From Lepidodermella squamata (lineage: Eukaryota; Animalia; Gastrotricha), in contig JBLDXI010000006.1 of the NCBI GenBank assembly GCA_047495785.1, positions 372,001-436,000 on the forward strand: a DNA stretch of 64,000 nucleotides, read 5' to 3'. This document shows positions 13,709 to 25,768 of this stretch, piece by piece. The number at the start of each line of letters is the position of its first letter. The stretch's first letter is position 1. The notes beneath the pieces were generated by a model. That model worked only from the letters and a program-made list of their open reading frames with translations, was not told the DNA's origin and searched no databases. Made by a program: the position numbers and the translations under genes.

Positions 13709-14080
13709 GCCTAATGTCAACCGGTGCTAACTGTTTTGATTCTAATCGCTGATTATTTCATGCTGCGAATCGTTATTAACAATCAAATTGCATTAATGAT
13801 GTAATTTTTTTGATTATTTCAAGTTGTAGTTTCGCTTTACCCTGCGCTGGTCGCTGTGGTACGCGCGCTGTGCGCGCTTCACTGCTAATAATGCTTTATT
13901 CCATACTTATTCGAGTGTTAAATTTGACTTTCACAAATGATTCTTGCTGACTTATTATGATTCATTAAATTATGAATTTGAAATGTTTGATCGTTTCAAT
14001 TCATTTTTGGCCATTCATCTGCCTGAGGTATTCCTCCAATAGTATGCTCCAATAGTGTTGCGTGGTAGGTGTCGTGTCTA

Positions 14081-15081
14081 CCGTAATGGGCCCGAAATTT
14101 GGACACTTGGAGCTTTGGCCCTGAATATCAATTTATAAATTAACTGATAAAAATTGAAAAATGTCACTAAAAAATAGCTCACTTCATGGGCTTTCCGGCG
14201 GCTTTCAGTTTCAGTTACTATCGATTTGCGACAAAAATCGCCGAAGCTCGATCACTCAGATAGGTTTTTCGAGACTCCATTGACAAACGCTCACCTGTAA
14301 ACGGTTCGGGCTGAAATTGGTTTTGCATATAGGGATTTACCTGAACTAAATCCTGTAAAAAAATCTTGGCAGAGGGACAAGCCAATTTTGATACAGGTGA
14401 CAGGAGCCTCCAAATTTTGACACTTTCTATGATATTTTTATCTGTACCCAATGAAAAATAGGTATGCTTTTTCTGTTTTTCAACAAAATGGCAACGCATT
14501 GAAGGAACCTTGGAATTAGCTTAAAGACTCCTGGCCTAGTCTCTGCTTTCATGATTCTGGCTAAAGAGCATAGAGAAAGATAATTGATAATGAATCCGAA
14601 TCCGGCGGCGCCGAATCTTAAATTAGAAAGATGAACCCGCAGGTAGCTCGAGACAAATGAAAATCCACTTTTGTATAATTCAGGTTCAGAAACTCCATGA
14701 CTCATTCAAACATCAACCCATGCTGGTTTAATGTTTAACATCATATTGATATCCCTCCGTCTACTTTCAAAGCGAGGCGAAGTCTTTTCGAGAAATGTTC
14801 ACCTGGTTTATCATAGTTCTGAGAAAAAATCATTAAAAATTGTGTAAGGTCGAATTAGCACATGCAAATGAGGTGTCCAAATTTTGGTCGAAATGTCGAA
14901 ATTTAGCAGTTTCTTTACGCATTTTTTCATAATAAAGGTGAGCTCCTAAATTCTCCAAAATTTACCTGGTCGATCCGGATTCCTCGGGCAAAGATTTGGC
15001 AATTATTTTAAACTTTGTTGACTAAAACCGAATTTTTAGTAATTAAAATCTTGTTTTGTCCAAAGTTAGGACCCATTACAG
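14081..15081. mobile_element. Non-autonomous TA-targeting TIR DNA transposon (~1 kb)
   Basis: Imperfect TIRs ccgtaatgggcccgaaatttggaca / tgtccaaagttaggacccattacag, both flanked by TA. Confidence 0.65.
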
Positions 15082-15336
15082 TATCAAACCAGATACAAAT
15101 TTTGGGGTGTGAAAACAGATATGAAGTATCTCATGCGATAGCGCCCGGGATTAGAGCGATTAGTAGGCGGCGAGTCGGCAATATCTCGCCGCAAGGGAAG
15201 CATCTAAAACTATAGAAAGACTATAGAAGATCGCCATCAGAATGCCAACGCAGATTTTAATCGGTAACAGATTAATAACGATTGATGGCAATACGCAAGC
15301 AATGCAGAATCTCAAAGTCTTCGTGATGCTCGGTGA

Positions 15337-16278
15337 TTAGAGCTTTTTGTAAGACCTCCACGTCCTTCGAGTGGTGGCAGCTTGCCAGTTCGTCGACCAG
15401 CCCTGTGTTGAACCGGGATTAGGCGAAGATCCGCGAGGAGTTGTCGACCAGCCTTGGGTGGACCAGCCCTGTGTTGAACCTGGATTCGGCGAAGAACCGC
15501 GAGGAGTTGTCGACCAGCCTTGGGTGGACCAGCCCTGTGTTGAACCGGGATTAGGCGAGGAACCGCGAGGGGTAGTCGACCAGCCTTGGGTGGACCAGCC
15601 CTGTGTTGAACCGGGATTAGACGAGGAACCGCGAGGGGTAGTCGACCAGCCTTGGGTGGACCAGCCCTGTGTTGAACCGGGATTAGACGAGGAACCGCGA
15701 GGGGTAGTCGACCAGCCTTGGGTGGACCAGCCCTGTGTTGAACCGGGATTAGGCGAAGAACCGCGAGGAGTTGTCGACCAGCCTTGGGTGGACCAGCCCT
15801 GTGTTGAACCGGGATTAGGCGAAGAACCGCGAGGGGTAGTCGACCAGCCTTGGGTTGAACCTGGATTCGAGGAAGAACCGCGAGGGGTAGTCGACCATGG
15901 CTTCTGAGTGGTTGAACCGTCAGTCGGCGAGTTCTTCGTGAAACAGGTGCCTTGTACGCATTGGTCGCCCTCACGGCACGAATGAGTGCCAATGCTCCCG
16001 TCACACTTTCCAATTACATAAGCGCCAACATCTTCATTCGCCGGTTCTTTAGTGGCGCAGATTCCGCCGACGCATTTGTCATTGGAGAAGCAATCGCTAG
16101 TGTACTTGCATCGGCCATAAGTCCAAGCACCCGTTGAGGAGTAGCAGAGTTTACTGACGCACGGGTCACCGCGTAAGCAGTCGCTGCTAGTTGTACAACT
16201 GGCGTAATAGTACTGTGGCCCAGCGCTAACCGAGCCCAATGCCGCGAAACACAAAACCAAGCCGTTAATTAGATGCAT
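15337..16278 (-). CDS. Intronless secreted protein with three 4-Cys modules and a Ser/Thr/Trp tandem-repeat (mucin-like) tail
   Basis: 313-aa ORF: signal peptide MHLINGLVLCFAALGSVSA, three C..C-x5-C-x4-C modules, nine WSTTPRGSS-containing repeats, basic C-terminus. Confidence 0.82.
   Translation of the reverse strand: MHLINGLVLCFAALGSVSAGPQYYYASCTTSSDCLRGDPCVSKLCYSSTGAWTYGRCKYTSDCFSNDKCVGGICATKEPANEDVGAYVIGKCDGSIGTHSCREGDQCVQGTCFTKNSPTDGSTTQKPWSTTPRGSSSNPGSTQGWSTTPRGSSPNPGSTQGWSTQGWSTTPRGSSPNPGSTQGWSTQGWSTTPRGSSSNPGSTQGWSTQGWSTTPRGSSSNPGSTQGWSTQGWSTTPRGSSPNPGSTQGWSTQGWSTTPRGSSPNPGSTQGWSTQGWSTTPRGSSPNPGSTQGWSTNWQAATTRRTWRSYKKL
15390..15900. repeat. Coding minisatellite, 60-bp unit, about 8.5-9 copies
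   Basis: Unit gtcgaccagccttgggtggaccagccctgtgttgaaccgggattaggcgaagaaccgcgagg.., repeated head to tail with few substitutions. Confidence 0.95.
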
Positions 16279-17149
16279 TTTAACTTCACTGCACTTTCGG
16301 ACAATCCAAGCGCTTCTTTTATTGACGACATGGGCGTGGCCAATGGGCGTTTTTGGCAGGCCAATTTTGGTGTTTCATGCACATCCGAGAGTACGTTGCT
16401 GTAATCAGCAGCTGCCTTGTTTACCCAGATGACTAACATATTGCGATATAGGTGTACTCCCACAGGCTACTACGTGATACGAAGTTGATATATGTCGTAG
16501 GAAATGGAGCAAATAGCTTTTTGCCCTACAAATTTAGATTTTGGAGCAAACTGCTCCGAAATTGTTCCGAATTTCACTGAAATTCCGACGAAGCCGGCAT
16601 GATATTTCATCAGTTAGCGTGTAGCGTTTTTATTTGTATGTCGATACATAATTAGACCGATTTCATTCATTCCAGTTGTCCTGAGTTATTGGAATTATGC
16701 ATTAGCCGATTTTCAATAGTCGATAGGCCTGATCTAACTTAAAACTGGCTGTCACTACTTCACGCTTCACTTCACCGGATGTTCAGTTTTAATAATTAGA
16801 TTTTGACTTCGAAAATGGCAACATCCCGATGAGGGGCGGCGGGAGCTTCTAGCCGATTTTCCGACCAGTCTGGCGTTCACTCGGCTAATTTGCCAGTCGA
16901 TGATCACTATCGAGATCCTACGCCTACGCCGCATAGGAAATGCGGTCATTATTTCTGCTGAAAGCTGGTAGCATTGCTACAAATTTATTGCCTAGGCGCC
17001 ATTTCGAAACAATAACGAACTCGATGATGAGGGCCCCCATGCAGATATCGGGGGTGCACTGCACAGTAAACGTCGCATACGTTCACGTTTTAGATGGCCT
17101 AGGCACAGAGTGGTAAAGCGCTTCTGCCCTACCACGTAAACGCTGAAAT

Positions 17150-17340
17150 CAGAACTGGGTTTCGACAGTAGCATTAGTTTCCCTGCGAAGTTCAAGAGGT
17201 TCGGGCTTCCGTCATCGTGGCATTCTGATTTCCCAACTCTATTTTTATAAATTGAGGTAATTAGAGCCGTTTAGAATTCATCTGATGGGACCCTCTTCCC
17301 AATCCAAGCTAGATTCCTAATTTCCTTGGGCCATTCTTTG
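17150..17340 (-). mobile_element. Possible old RTE-like LINE remnant
   Basis: The minus strand reads LAWIGKRVPSDEF*TALITSIYKNRVGKSECHD, resembling the CW..VP.DW..A.I..IYKNKG..S.C.NYR region of LINE ORF2. Confidence 0.35.
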
Positions 17341-18479
17341 CCATACTGAGGCTGAGATCTCGTTCAAATCGTTTCATTTAAGCAGCATGAGCTGGTAAAC
17401 GGTGTTTTGAAGTTTGAAGATATTTCGAAGAAAGTCGAAAACATAGCATCCACGCAACCTAAGCATCAAGGTCAAGTCGGAAACGTCAATTGATGAATAG
17501 TAGCAACTTCTATTAATTAAATATAGGCGTTTTGTGAACCGGGCTTGAAGAGCCTCCAGCTTACGAATGTCCGTTGAATGATACGGTAAGTAGACCGAAC
17601 GGCAGAAATCAAGACGTGAAGGAGTATAGGTCGGCTTTTAGGCGTAGACGAAGCGAATGATCGCATACGCGTTGGCAAACGCGTTGGCCAAACATTGCAG
17701 GGCCCAGAGGACGTAAGGTGTTAATCAACGATGATGCCGAGATCTTTAACTAGGAAGAAGGAAAATTAAGCAATCTTGGATGGCTCAGAATACAGAAACA
17801 CTTTTCTTGTACGAATGACTGTATGAATCGAGGTTCCGAAGGAACCGAAGATGAATACAGTCCCTCTCTGGAACCCCTCGATTCGTTTGGCTGCGCCAAA
17901 CTCACTCGGGGTTCCATATCGGGGGGAAATTATATTTCTCCATGGTTTGCCATAGAGTATTCCCTTATTTCCTGAGACTGAGAACAGCGAATTAGTTCTG
18001 ATTAACGGGTAAACCATATGTAAAAGTCATGCCAACTGTTATTTTTTCGAGATCTGCCTGAATGTCGATGCAATCGGCGAGACAGCGAGTATGCAGCATG
18101 ATGCAGCGGAGCTGGCGTAGTGATAGGCATTAGATTATCAATTAGACTATCGTTATTACAAAAATCACGGTCGCCAGTTTCGCTGTCTGTTGTCGAGGAG
18201 CAGGCAATTGTTATATGCCGCCTGGTGAGACGGCCATAATGCAGGCTATTTTCGCGTGATGTTGGCCACAAGGTTAAACGGCCTTTGAAACTGAAAAGCG
18301 GTGCAGTATTTTTCAGCAATTATCATGATATCATGAGGACAACATTCCAGCTATACGAAATAAAGCGCGTCTTGTCATATAAAATGTGTGACCTATAACC
18401 AACCTATATGAACTGATTTTCAGGTGTAAAACTGTCTCTCATTTTTGAACAGGGAGCAACTCATTTTGGTTTCTTACGT

Positions 18480-18660
18480 GGTAAGTTCACTGAGTGAAAA
18501 GGCTGTCCTGCGTGTCAGAAGGCGGAGACTGAAGTGGCTGCTGGTCGCAGTCTCACGGCCAAGTCTTGCCTAGCTCCTGGTGTGCAGTATTCGCTATGAT
18601 CTAGGATGGTGAATGACGCGACAACAGGCCCAATTACGACTTTGTATTTGTAATAACATA
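18480..18660 (+). pseudogene. Fragment of domain 3 of the triple three-finger gene (copy of ~30020-30200)
   Basis: Near-identical inverted copy of ACQKAEIEVAAGRSLTAKSCLAPGVQYSL, with in-frame stops and no 5' part. Confidence 0.85.
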
Positions 18661-19146
18661 TATAAATGCATAGTTAGCACTAAAAAACAAAACAGCCCGA
18701 TTTTATGTCCACATCTAATGAGTGTAAAATAGCCATTTGCTTCCAATCGCTATCTCCCCCATTTTTAATGTTTACTTTAAGTCTGTGGTCCGTGGTCTTA
18801 TCGCTAAGTCACCACCTCACGTGCCCCTTATATTCAATCACCATGTCTGTCATTCTTTCTAATAAGCGCTAGATAATGGTCGATGTTAGTTTTGGCACCA
18901 CCCTCATTAATGAGAAGAAGAAGAAGCTTCATAGGAGTGTCAAGCTTGTCCTGACCGATATTGGCCTCCCAGAATCTGCATGAATACTTGGGCATGGTAG
19001 CAGTCTTCCTAAGCTTCCTGAAAGGTGACAGGGCTTGCCGGCCTTGAATTCTGGGCGGGATGTTAGCGTCTATATAAACCCCGCTGCCAGTGCATCAATC
19101 TCCAATCCACCAAATCGTTCACCTATTTCAAACCAGCGCACTGATA

Positions 19147-19530
19147 ATGCCTCGCATCAGCCTTGTCGCTCTTTTCCTTATAGCACTTTTCGCTGGCTCA
19201 TGTAAGCGGATTTCAGTTGAATCAGACAATTGATTGTCAAAATGCTTCATTTTAGTTGCCATCAAGTGTTATGTTGGTGTAGCTGAGGGACAGTACACAG
19301 TCAATAACAACTGTGATGTTTGCGAGACAATCGTAGCTGCAGGCACAACGAAGTTGTGTCTCCCTGCGCAGCCAGGCCTTGACATGACCTGCTCACAGTC
19401 GTCGTACGATGGCCAGCCAGCAACTGTTTGCTTCTGCAACACCGATCTGTGCAACAGCGCCCCTGTGACTGCCGGCGCTCAAGCTGCTGTCACTGGTTCA
19501 ATCGTGCTCGCCGCCTATTTCGCGCTATAG
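19147..19530 (+). CDS. Three-finger (Ly6-like) GPI-anchored protein, 2 exons
   Basis: MPRISLVALFLIALFAGS, gtaag...ttttag intron, FAIKCYVGVAEGQYTVNNNCDVCET...CFCNTDLCNSAPVTAGAQAAVTGSIVLAAYFAL. TATA (tatataaa) at ~19071. Confidence 0.88.
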
Positions 19531-20029
19531 ATGCCAATCACCACTAAGAACTATTTACTACTTCAAATTTGAATTTTTTTCGTTTATTTTGATCATTGGT
19601 ACATCAGTAAACTTGGTGAATACGACCGATTGAATCTATAGAACCATTGCTTCCCCAATCCAAATTGACCCATTACCAGCCCTGGAGTTTCTTAGATTGC
19701 GTAACTTCCCGGCTTGGACCCCTTCCACATGTCTTACTTACAGAGGAAATAATTCGCGATTTAATTAGCTAAACCAGGCGTTTTGGGCGAAGCGTTGAGT
19801 GCGAATAGCGAAGAGCGAAGCAGATAAAAAAACGTGTGAAACGGATGACCGGCAGCGCGACGGCGGGCGAGACAAGTTCAATAACAAACGCCCACTTGGA
19901 GTTCTACCCCAGCTTTCACACAGTATGTCCCTAAAGTTGTACTGTATTTTGCCGCGCAGTGGCTGTCATGCCACTGCGCCATGCCACTGCGACAGGCCAC
20001 TAAAAAGTGGAACATAGTTTTTGACCCAT

Positions 20030-21250
20030 TTCGAACTGCTCTGATTATATTGTCTCGTAGTGATTTATAAGGAGGTAAGCCGCTGTAAAACGAGCTATAA
20101 AGTGGCATGGCACTCCAAGTGCAGTAATACGGATTAACGAAACTCAACTTCTATTTTCTATGACGTACTCCATTTATCAAAGAGGTGATATGTGTTAATT
20201 GTTTAATCTCGCCGGGTTTCTGTACAGCGACAAAATAAAAACTTTTGGTCAAAAAACCAGAATAGTATATATTGGATTCGAAGGAGTACATAACGCAGTT
20301 ATTGTACTCCGATATTGGCCGAGAGGCGTCCGGCTCGCGAAAGCGAGCCAGCCTCGAGTCCAATATCGGAGTACTATAACGCGTTATGTTCGACGCGAAT
20401 CCACTATGTATGTTATCGTTCGGTGGGACAAAACAAGCCGGACCGGGTAGGATAGCTAGACAGCAAGGTCAATTTCTAAAATTAAAAAATCCAGCCTAAT
20501 ATTTTCACTAACGTTTTGCAAAAATCATTGCTATTTATTCATTTTTCGATACCGCGATTTAATTCACGCATCATTTTTGCGGTTCCTTCAACGGAAAATT
20601 GCTTATATGGGACGCCTCATTAGAACCCGTGGCTTCGAAGCTGAAGAAGAAGATAAAGAAGCGGACCAAGAGCGTACGCTGTTCCAGGCAGTCGATTGTG
20701 TCTTGTTGCCGGTCTTGCTGCTGGACTATAACGCTGTCCGCGCCTAACAATCGGTTTTTTGGAAGAAGTTCAATTCCGAACTGCGAGTAGGATCAAAAGA
20801 GCGCTCTACAAGCGGGTGAAGTTGGGCGAGCATTCAATCGATGCTTTGGTGAAGAACGCAGTGTCGCAAGCCGGGATTAAGAAAATTCTCCCCGGCAACT
20901 GCGTGTGGAAATGTACCGGGTGGACTAGTTGATGCCCAATGAAGTAATACCAGAAAGGGCGATGCGTAAATGAATGCTCTTTTCAATTACCGAATCTTGA
21001 AGCTGGAGGAGCAGCCTCGCCCATGCTCTCTTATAGTTCGGAGATGGAGCAGCCTTTGGATGATCCCAACGCGAGCAATCAACAATACAAGCTAGTAGCT
21101 GAGTCGAACGGAAATGTGGACGACTACATCACCCTCTTTCAGTTCCGCCCTCCTATGGACCTTTGCCACGATGCCATACGTTTTGAAAATTTTGACAATT
21201 TCAATAAAGTAATGATACTGCAATAATGATTTGCATCTCTTAGAGCAAAA
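20030..21250 (+). mobile_element. Probable Crypton (tyrosine-recombinase) element remnant
   Basis: A ~145-bp imperfect palindrome at 20266-20410. Downstream broken peptides LPVLLLDYNAVR, KLGEHSIDALVKNAVSQAGIKKILPGN, MNALFNYR and FENFDNFN resemble the C-terminal half of Crypton recombinases. Confidence 0.45.
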
Positions 21251-21495
21251 ATGCCGGGCTTTTCCTTATTTATTAAACCAAAACTAGTTAAGAAATAAGA
21301 AAAATGCGTGTTCTTTTGGCTAGTACAGTCAGGGGGCGAGTGGTCGAGTTGGGCAATTTGACAAATATAATTTAAAAAATCCACCTTAAACGCCTGTTAT
21401 TTGTATTTTGGCCAGTACAATAACATTGTTATTGTATCGATAATTTTTGTACCACCGGACGATAACACACTTTTTAGAGATTTTATTATTTGTGC

Positions 21496-22448
21496 ATGGC
21501 TCCTGCGACTAAGAAGCTCAACTCGGGCTATGAATGTCCAATGTTTGGCTACGGAACTTGGCTATCAAAGGACCCAACTGAGCTGAAAACCGGTCTAACA
21601 GCCGCTATCAAAGCCGGTTACCGCCACATTGACACAGCCCAAGCTTACGGAAACGAAGACCTGATCGGCGAAATTTTGGATGGGCTCTACAAAGACGGCG
21701 TTGTAAAACGCGACGACTTGTTCATCACGACAAAGCTGTGGCCCAGCCATTTCGCCCCTCATCTGGTCATGGACCAAATCAAGCGGCAGCTGGCGAGCCT
21801 GAGGACGACTTACATCGACCTGTACCTGATGCACTTCCCTGTTCCTTGCAAATGGTCCGACCCGCTGCCTGCACAGCCTCCTATCGATGCGGAAGCTACT
21901 TTCGAAGCAACCTATGCAAAATTGGAAGAAGCTGTCAGCCTCGGCTTTGCCCGTTCGATTGGTGTTTCGAACTTCACCGTCGCCCAAATCGAGCGCTTGG
22001 TCAAGGTGGCTAAAATCAAGCCGGCTATGAACCAGTGTGAGATGCACCCGTTTTTCCAGAATACGAAGCTCATCGAGGCCTGTCACAAGCATGGCGTCGA
22101 TTTCACGCTTACTCTTCATTTGGAAATCCTGGTTACGAGCATCCCGGTAAGAAACGTATTAACGTCTTCGAAAATGCGACGTTATTAGAGATCGGTGCTA
22201 AGTATGGCAAGAAGCCTAGTCAAGTCATTCTTCGGTGGCAGATCCAGCTTGGGATTTTCGCAATCCCGAAAAGTGTTTCGCCAGCTCGAGTTGCTGAGAA
22301 TTTCGACATTTGGAATTTCGAACTGAGCGCCGAAGATATGGCGAAAATCAAGGCGTTGGATGAGGATGAGCGCGTTATTTGGTGGGTGTTCAACCCGACT
22401 CTGAAAGACCATCCGGATTACCCTTTTAAAAGCAAGGGAAGCTGCTAG
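21496..22448 (+). pseudogene. Aldo-keto reductase, coding region intronless, single 1-bp frameshift at ~22107 (possible sequencing error)
   Basis: GYGTW, GYRHIDTAQAY, LFITTKLW, IDLYLMHFP, RSIGVSNF, NQCEMHP. After 'acg ct tac' (expected TAYS) the next frame gives YSSFG...QVILRWQIQLG..IPKSVSPARVAENFDI...KDHPDYPF..C*. The D/Y/K/H tetrad is intact. Confidence 0.9.
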
Positions 22449-23131
22449 GCTGGAATCAGATTTCAATACGATAACATCGTGAAATACACAGGAATAATTA
22501 AAACTTTAGGCATATTAGAAAATAGGTTTAATTTTATTGTATTCAAATTGATTCAACTGATGAGCTTTCTTTGCCGATTAAAACGCGATTTTGGGTTATA
22601 AGTGTTTGGGTTTATACTGAATCTAAATTCCAACGCAACACTCGGAATGAGACAATCCGAACAAAATGATGTTCCCAAACGAACTTTGACTGTCTCCAGG
22701 GGTAAGAGCCGCGGACATTTGCGGAGACGAGGTGTTTCGGAGAAGCGTTCAGAGGGGAGATAACACTGGAATGCAAGTGTTTGTTCAGGAATCTGAATTC
22801 TTAACTGAATAGAGATGCAACGGCGAGTGCCGCAATTGACGCAATGAAAACATCTTAGGTTTATCTTATCGCCAGTTGAGCATCACCTGATGTCCGAATT
22901 TGTGTCAAGGACTATCTTAAAAGTGAGAATATTTTCAAACGTATGCAGCTTGTCCTAACACGGCTTGTCGCGCCCCATTGCGCAGTAGAAATGCCGAAGA
23001 TTTCTGTCGCGCTTTCAGACATGAGATAAGATACCGTGCTGTTTAAATAGCAGCAGCCAGAGTTTTCCATCATATCACATCTCTCAAATCATACTGGTCG
23101 TCCATTTCTCACGAACAACAGCGTACTGACC

Positions 23132-23528
23132 ATGTCTCGCATCACCCTTGTTGCTTTTGTTTTCACGGCGCTTATTGCTGGTTCATGTAAGAATTTGAAT
23201 CTAATGAGAACACATTCTCAAAAAATTCTACAATTTAGTTGCCATCAAGTGTTACATGGGGTCTAACGGGTCCTACACGGAGGCTGAAGGCTGCGGCGTT
23301 TGCTCGAAATATGTCATCAAAGCTTCAGGTGTCGAAAGCACCACGAAAATGTGCCTGCCTGCGCAGCAAGGCGAAAAAATGACCTGTACGACCCAGTCGC
23401 AAGGCGGTGCAACAGGAACTGAGTGCTTCTGCAACACTGACCTATGCAACAGCGCCCATGCAACAGCTGCCGGTGCTCAAACAGCTGTCGCTGCTTCAAT
23501 CTTGCTCGCAGTCTATTTCATGTTCTAA
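23132..23528 (+). CDS. Three-finger (Ly6-like) GPI-anchored protein, 2 exons
   Basis: MSRITLVAFVFTALIAGS, gtaag...tttag intron, FAIKCYMG...CGVCSK...CFCNTDLCNSA plus a hydrophobic tail. Confidence 0.88.
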
Positions 23529-23933
23529 GCTGTTGCTTTTGATTGCGTTGATGATTTTTTGTTTTAATCACCCGGATTACCCTTTCAAAAGCAAGGGAAG
23601 CTGCCAAGCTGGAATCAGAATTCATTAAGAAAACATTATCAAATTGCTGAGAAGTTCTATCAAGAAAAATCGATGCATCATGATATGAGAACGGGAATAA
23701 ATTGTAACTTTAGGCATCCGTATGTATTGGAGGAAATTAGGTTTAATTTTATTGTATTAAACTTAATTCAGCTTCTTTGTTTTCCAAATAAATCGCGATT
23801 TATCTTATCACCACCTGATCTTAGAAGAAAGAAGAATATTTTCAGAAGTGTGCGGCTTGTCCTAACACGGCTTGTCGCGCCCGATTGCGCAGCGGAAATT
23901 TCTGTCGTGCTTCCAGAGTTAAGATAAGATCAG

Positions 23934-24231
23934 TTGCCATCAGGTGTTACTTGGGTACTAGCATTGAATTGCCCTACACAGAGGCGAACGGCTGCAGCGT
24001 TTGCGGGAAATATGTCCATAAAGATAAAGATGCAGGTATGGACAACACCTTTAAAATGTGCCTGACTGAGCAGCAAGGCAAAGAAATGACCTGCACAACC
24101 AAGTCGAAAGGCAGTGCAATAGCAACTGAATGCTACTGCAACACCGACTTGTGCAACAGCGTCCTGTGACTGCCGGTGCTCAAGCTGCCGTCACTGGTTC
24201 GATCCTGCTTGCTGCCTATTTCATGTTCTAA
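23934..24231 (+). pseudogene. Three-finger pseudogene lacking the signal-peptide exon, with a frameshifted GPI tail
   Basis: A copied promoter fragment joins directly to the exon-2 acceptor (gataagatcag|ttgcc). AIRCYLG...CYCNTDLCNSVL* results from a 1-bp deletion, and the old tail remains out of frame. Confidence 0.75.
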
Positions 24232-24639
24232 GGAGTTGCAAAACCATAGTGAAGAAATTAAAGCTTCAAGAATGGAATTCGCGTCATTTCATTTATGATT
24301 TTTAGTTTTATTTCTTCTGCAAGTATTTGTCCAACAATCGATAATTTGACGAATCTATAGCCTTAATCTCATTAGATGTTTCAGTTCTGGAAAAAGATGT
24401 AGTAAGTAGTAGTAGTAATGGATGGCCTGTATCCTGTGTAGAATTCGACATCGACTGCGAAAAGAGCATTGTGACTTAAAATGGTCGCATTTTGACTAAA
24501 GATGGTGAACTCAGCTGCTGTTGTCTGTTAAATTTTGCTGTAAGCTGTGAATTTCGTGCCGATTGCCGATCTTCTCGAAAATATAACTCCAGGTATAGAA
24601 CTATGGTCTTTGAGAGATATACCGCGGTTGATTTGTTGA

Positions 24640-24880
24640 GTACAACGGGTTAATTTTTATACCGAGCCTTTATTACACCATTCATTTTCATATTACATTA
24701 AATGTAAATCGTTCGCCTCTAGATCCTTACATCTATAAGCCTTTAAAACGTATACAGTATCTCGTATTGACTTTTGCCCGTCAGTTTATTCACCTTACCT
24801 AATAACAGATATTGAAATGCTTGAATCGATTCAAATCCGCTTCACAAAACGTTTGCTATATCGTGCAAACGTATTTGAAG
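24640..24880 (+). mobile_element. CR1/L2-type LINE ORF2 C-terminal fragment
   Basis: FKTYTVSRIDFCPSVYSPYLITDIEMLESIQIRFTKRL matches the Y.TYVRP.LEY...WSP....DI..LE.VQR.FTK consensus. Confidence 0.7.
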
Positions 24881-25768
24881 GGATTTGAAGGGCTAACATC
24901 GGATTATGGGCCGTAATGAAAAATTTACTCACTTTTTGAAAGCATTCTTCAATTAAGCTGATTTGTAGATAGTGCTTATCATCAGGTTGATATTCTACCT
25001 ACCATTCATCGTTTAAACAAGGGAGTCGCCGGTGGGAATCTGGCTTCCGACATTCTGACAGTAGGCTTTTTCGAATTATTCTATCAAGAGAGAGTATCGA
25101 GGTTCGAGGGATACTCTCTGACGTAAGGGCGGGTGACAGATTCTTTTGGTTGCCTTGCCTTCGCCTGCCTCAAAATCCGAAAGGGTGCAGACGATCAGCC
25201 GCGGGCATAGAGAACGTTCTCCATGGCCATTGGAAATTGAAATGAAACTTTAAATTATAATCTCAAATATAGGTAACTTGCTGGGTAGCAAAAAGGAAGA
25301 ATTGGTTTGCTATGACGGGGAACTCCCCGTTGTCGTGGGGCGTCTTCGTTACGTGTGTCCGTACGTCAAGGAGGATATGAGTGTACATTTAAAAAACAGG
25401 ATCTACTTTTAGGATCTACTGACAACAGTGTGCGCGTGCGTGTTTCAAGGAGGATATTAGTGAACATTTAAAAAACGCGTGTTTCAAGGAGGATATGAGT
25501 GTACATTTAAAAAACAGGATCTACTAACAACTTGTACATACAACTGCGACGGGTTGACGTGCAACATGATCAGTGCACATAATCAGTGAACAGCGCGTAC
25601 TTCTACCGAAACAATTTCACAAGCCATAAATGAGTTTTCAATTTATAATTCGGCGCATTCGGCATTCAAATCCAGTTTTCAATTTATAATTCGGCGCATT
25701 GGGCATTCAAATCCCTTCCTATTTTTCAATAGGCTTGATGTTATATTAATCATTTCAACGGCTTCAAT

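Noticed and set aside
13389-13730. Unspliced ORF-track proteins 13389-13730 and 29153-29542
   Set aside because: They read through the intron into the wrong frame. The spliced frame gives the 8-Cys domain.
15312-16013. Overlapping ORFs 15312-16013 (-) and 15371-15907 (+); also a CRISPR-like appearance
   Set aside because: These are shadow frames of a stop-free 60-bp repeat. Only 15337-16278 has a signal peptide and Cys modules. There are no unique spacers and no cas genes.
21496-22448. Bacterial horizontal transfer or programmed frameshifting of the AKR
   Set aside because: The C-terminal HPDYPF motif is animal-like, and there is no slippery heptamer at the lesion.
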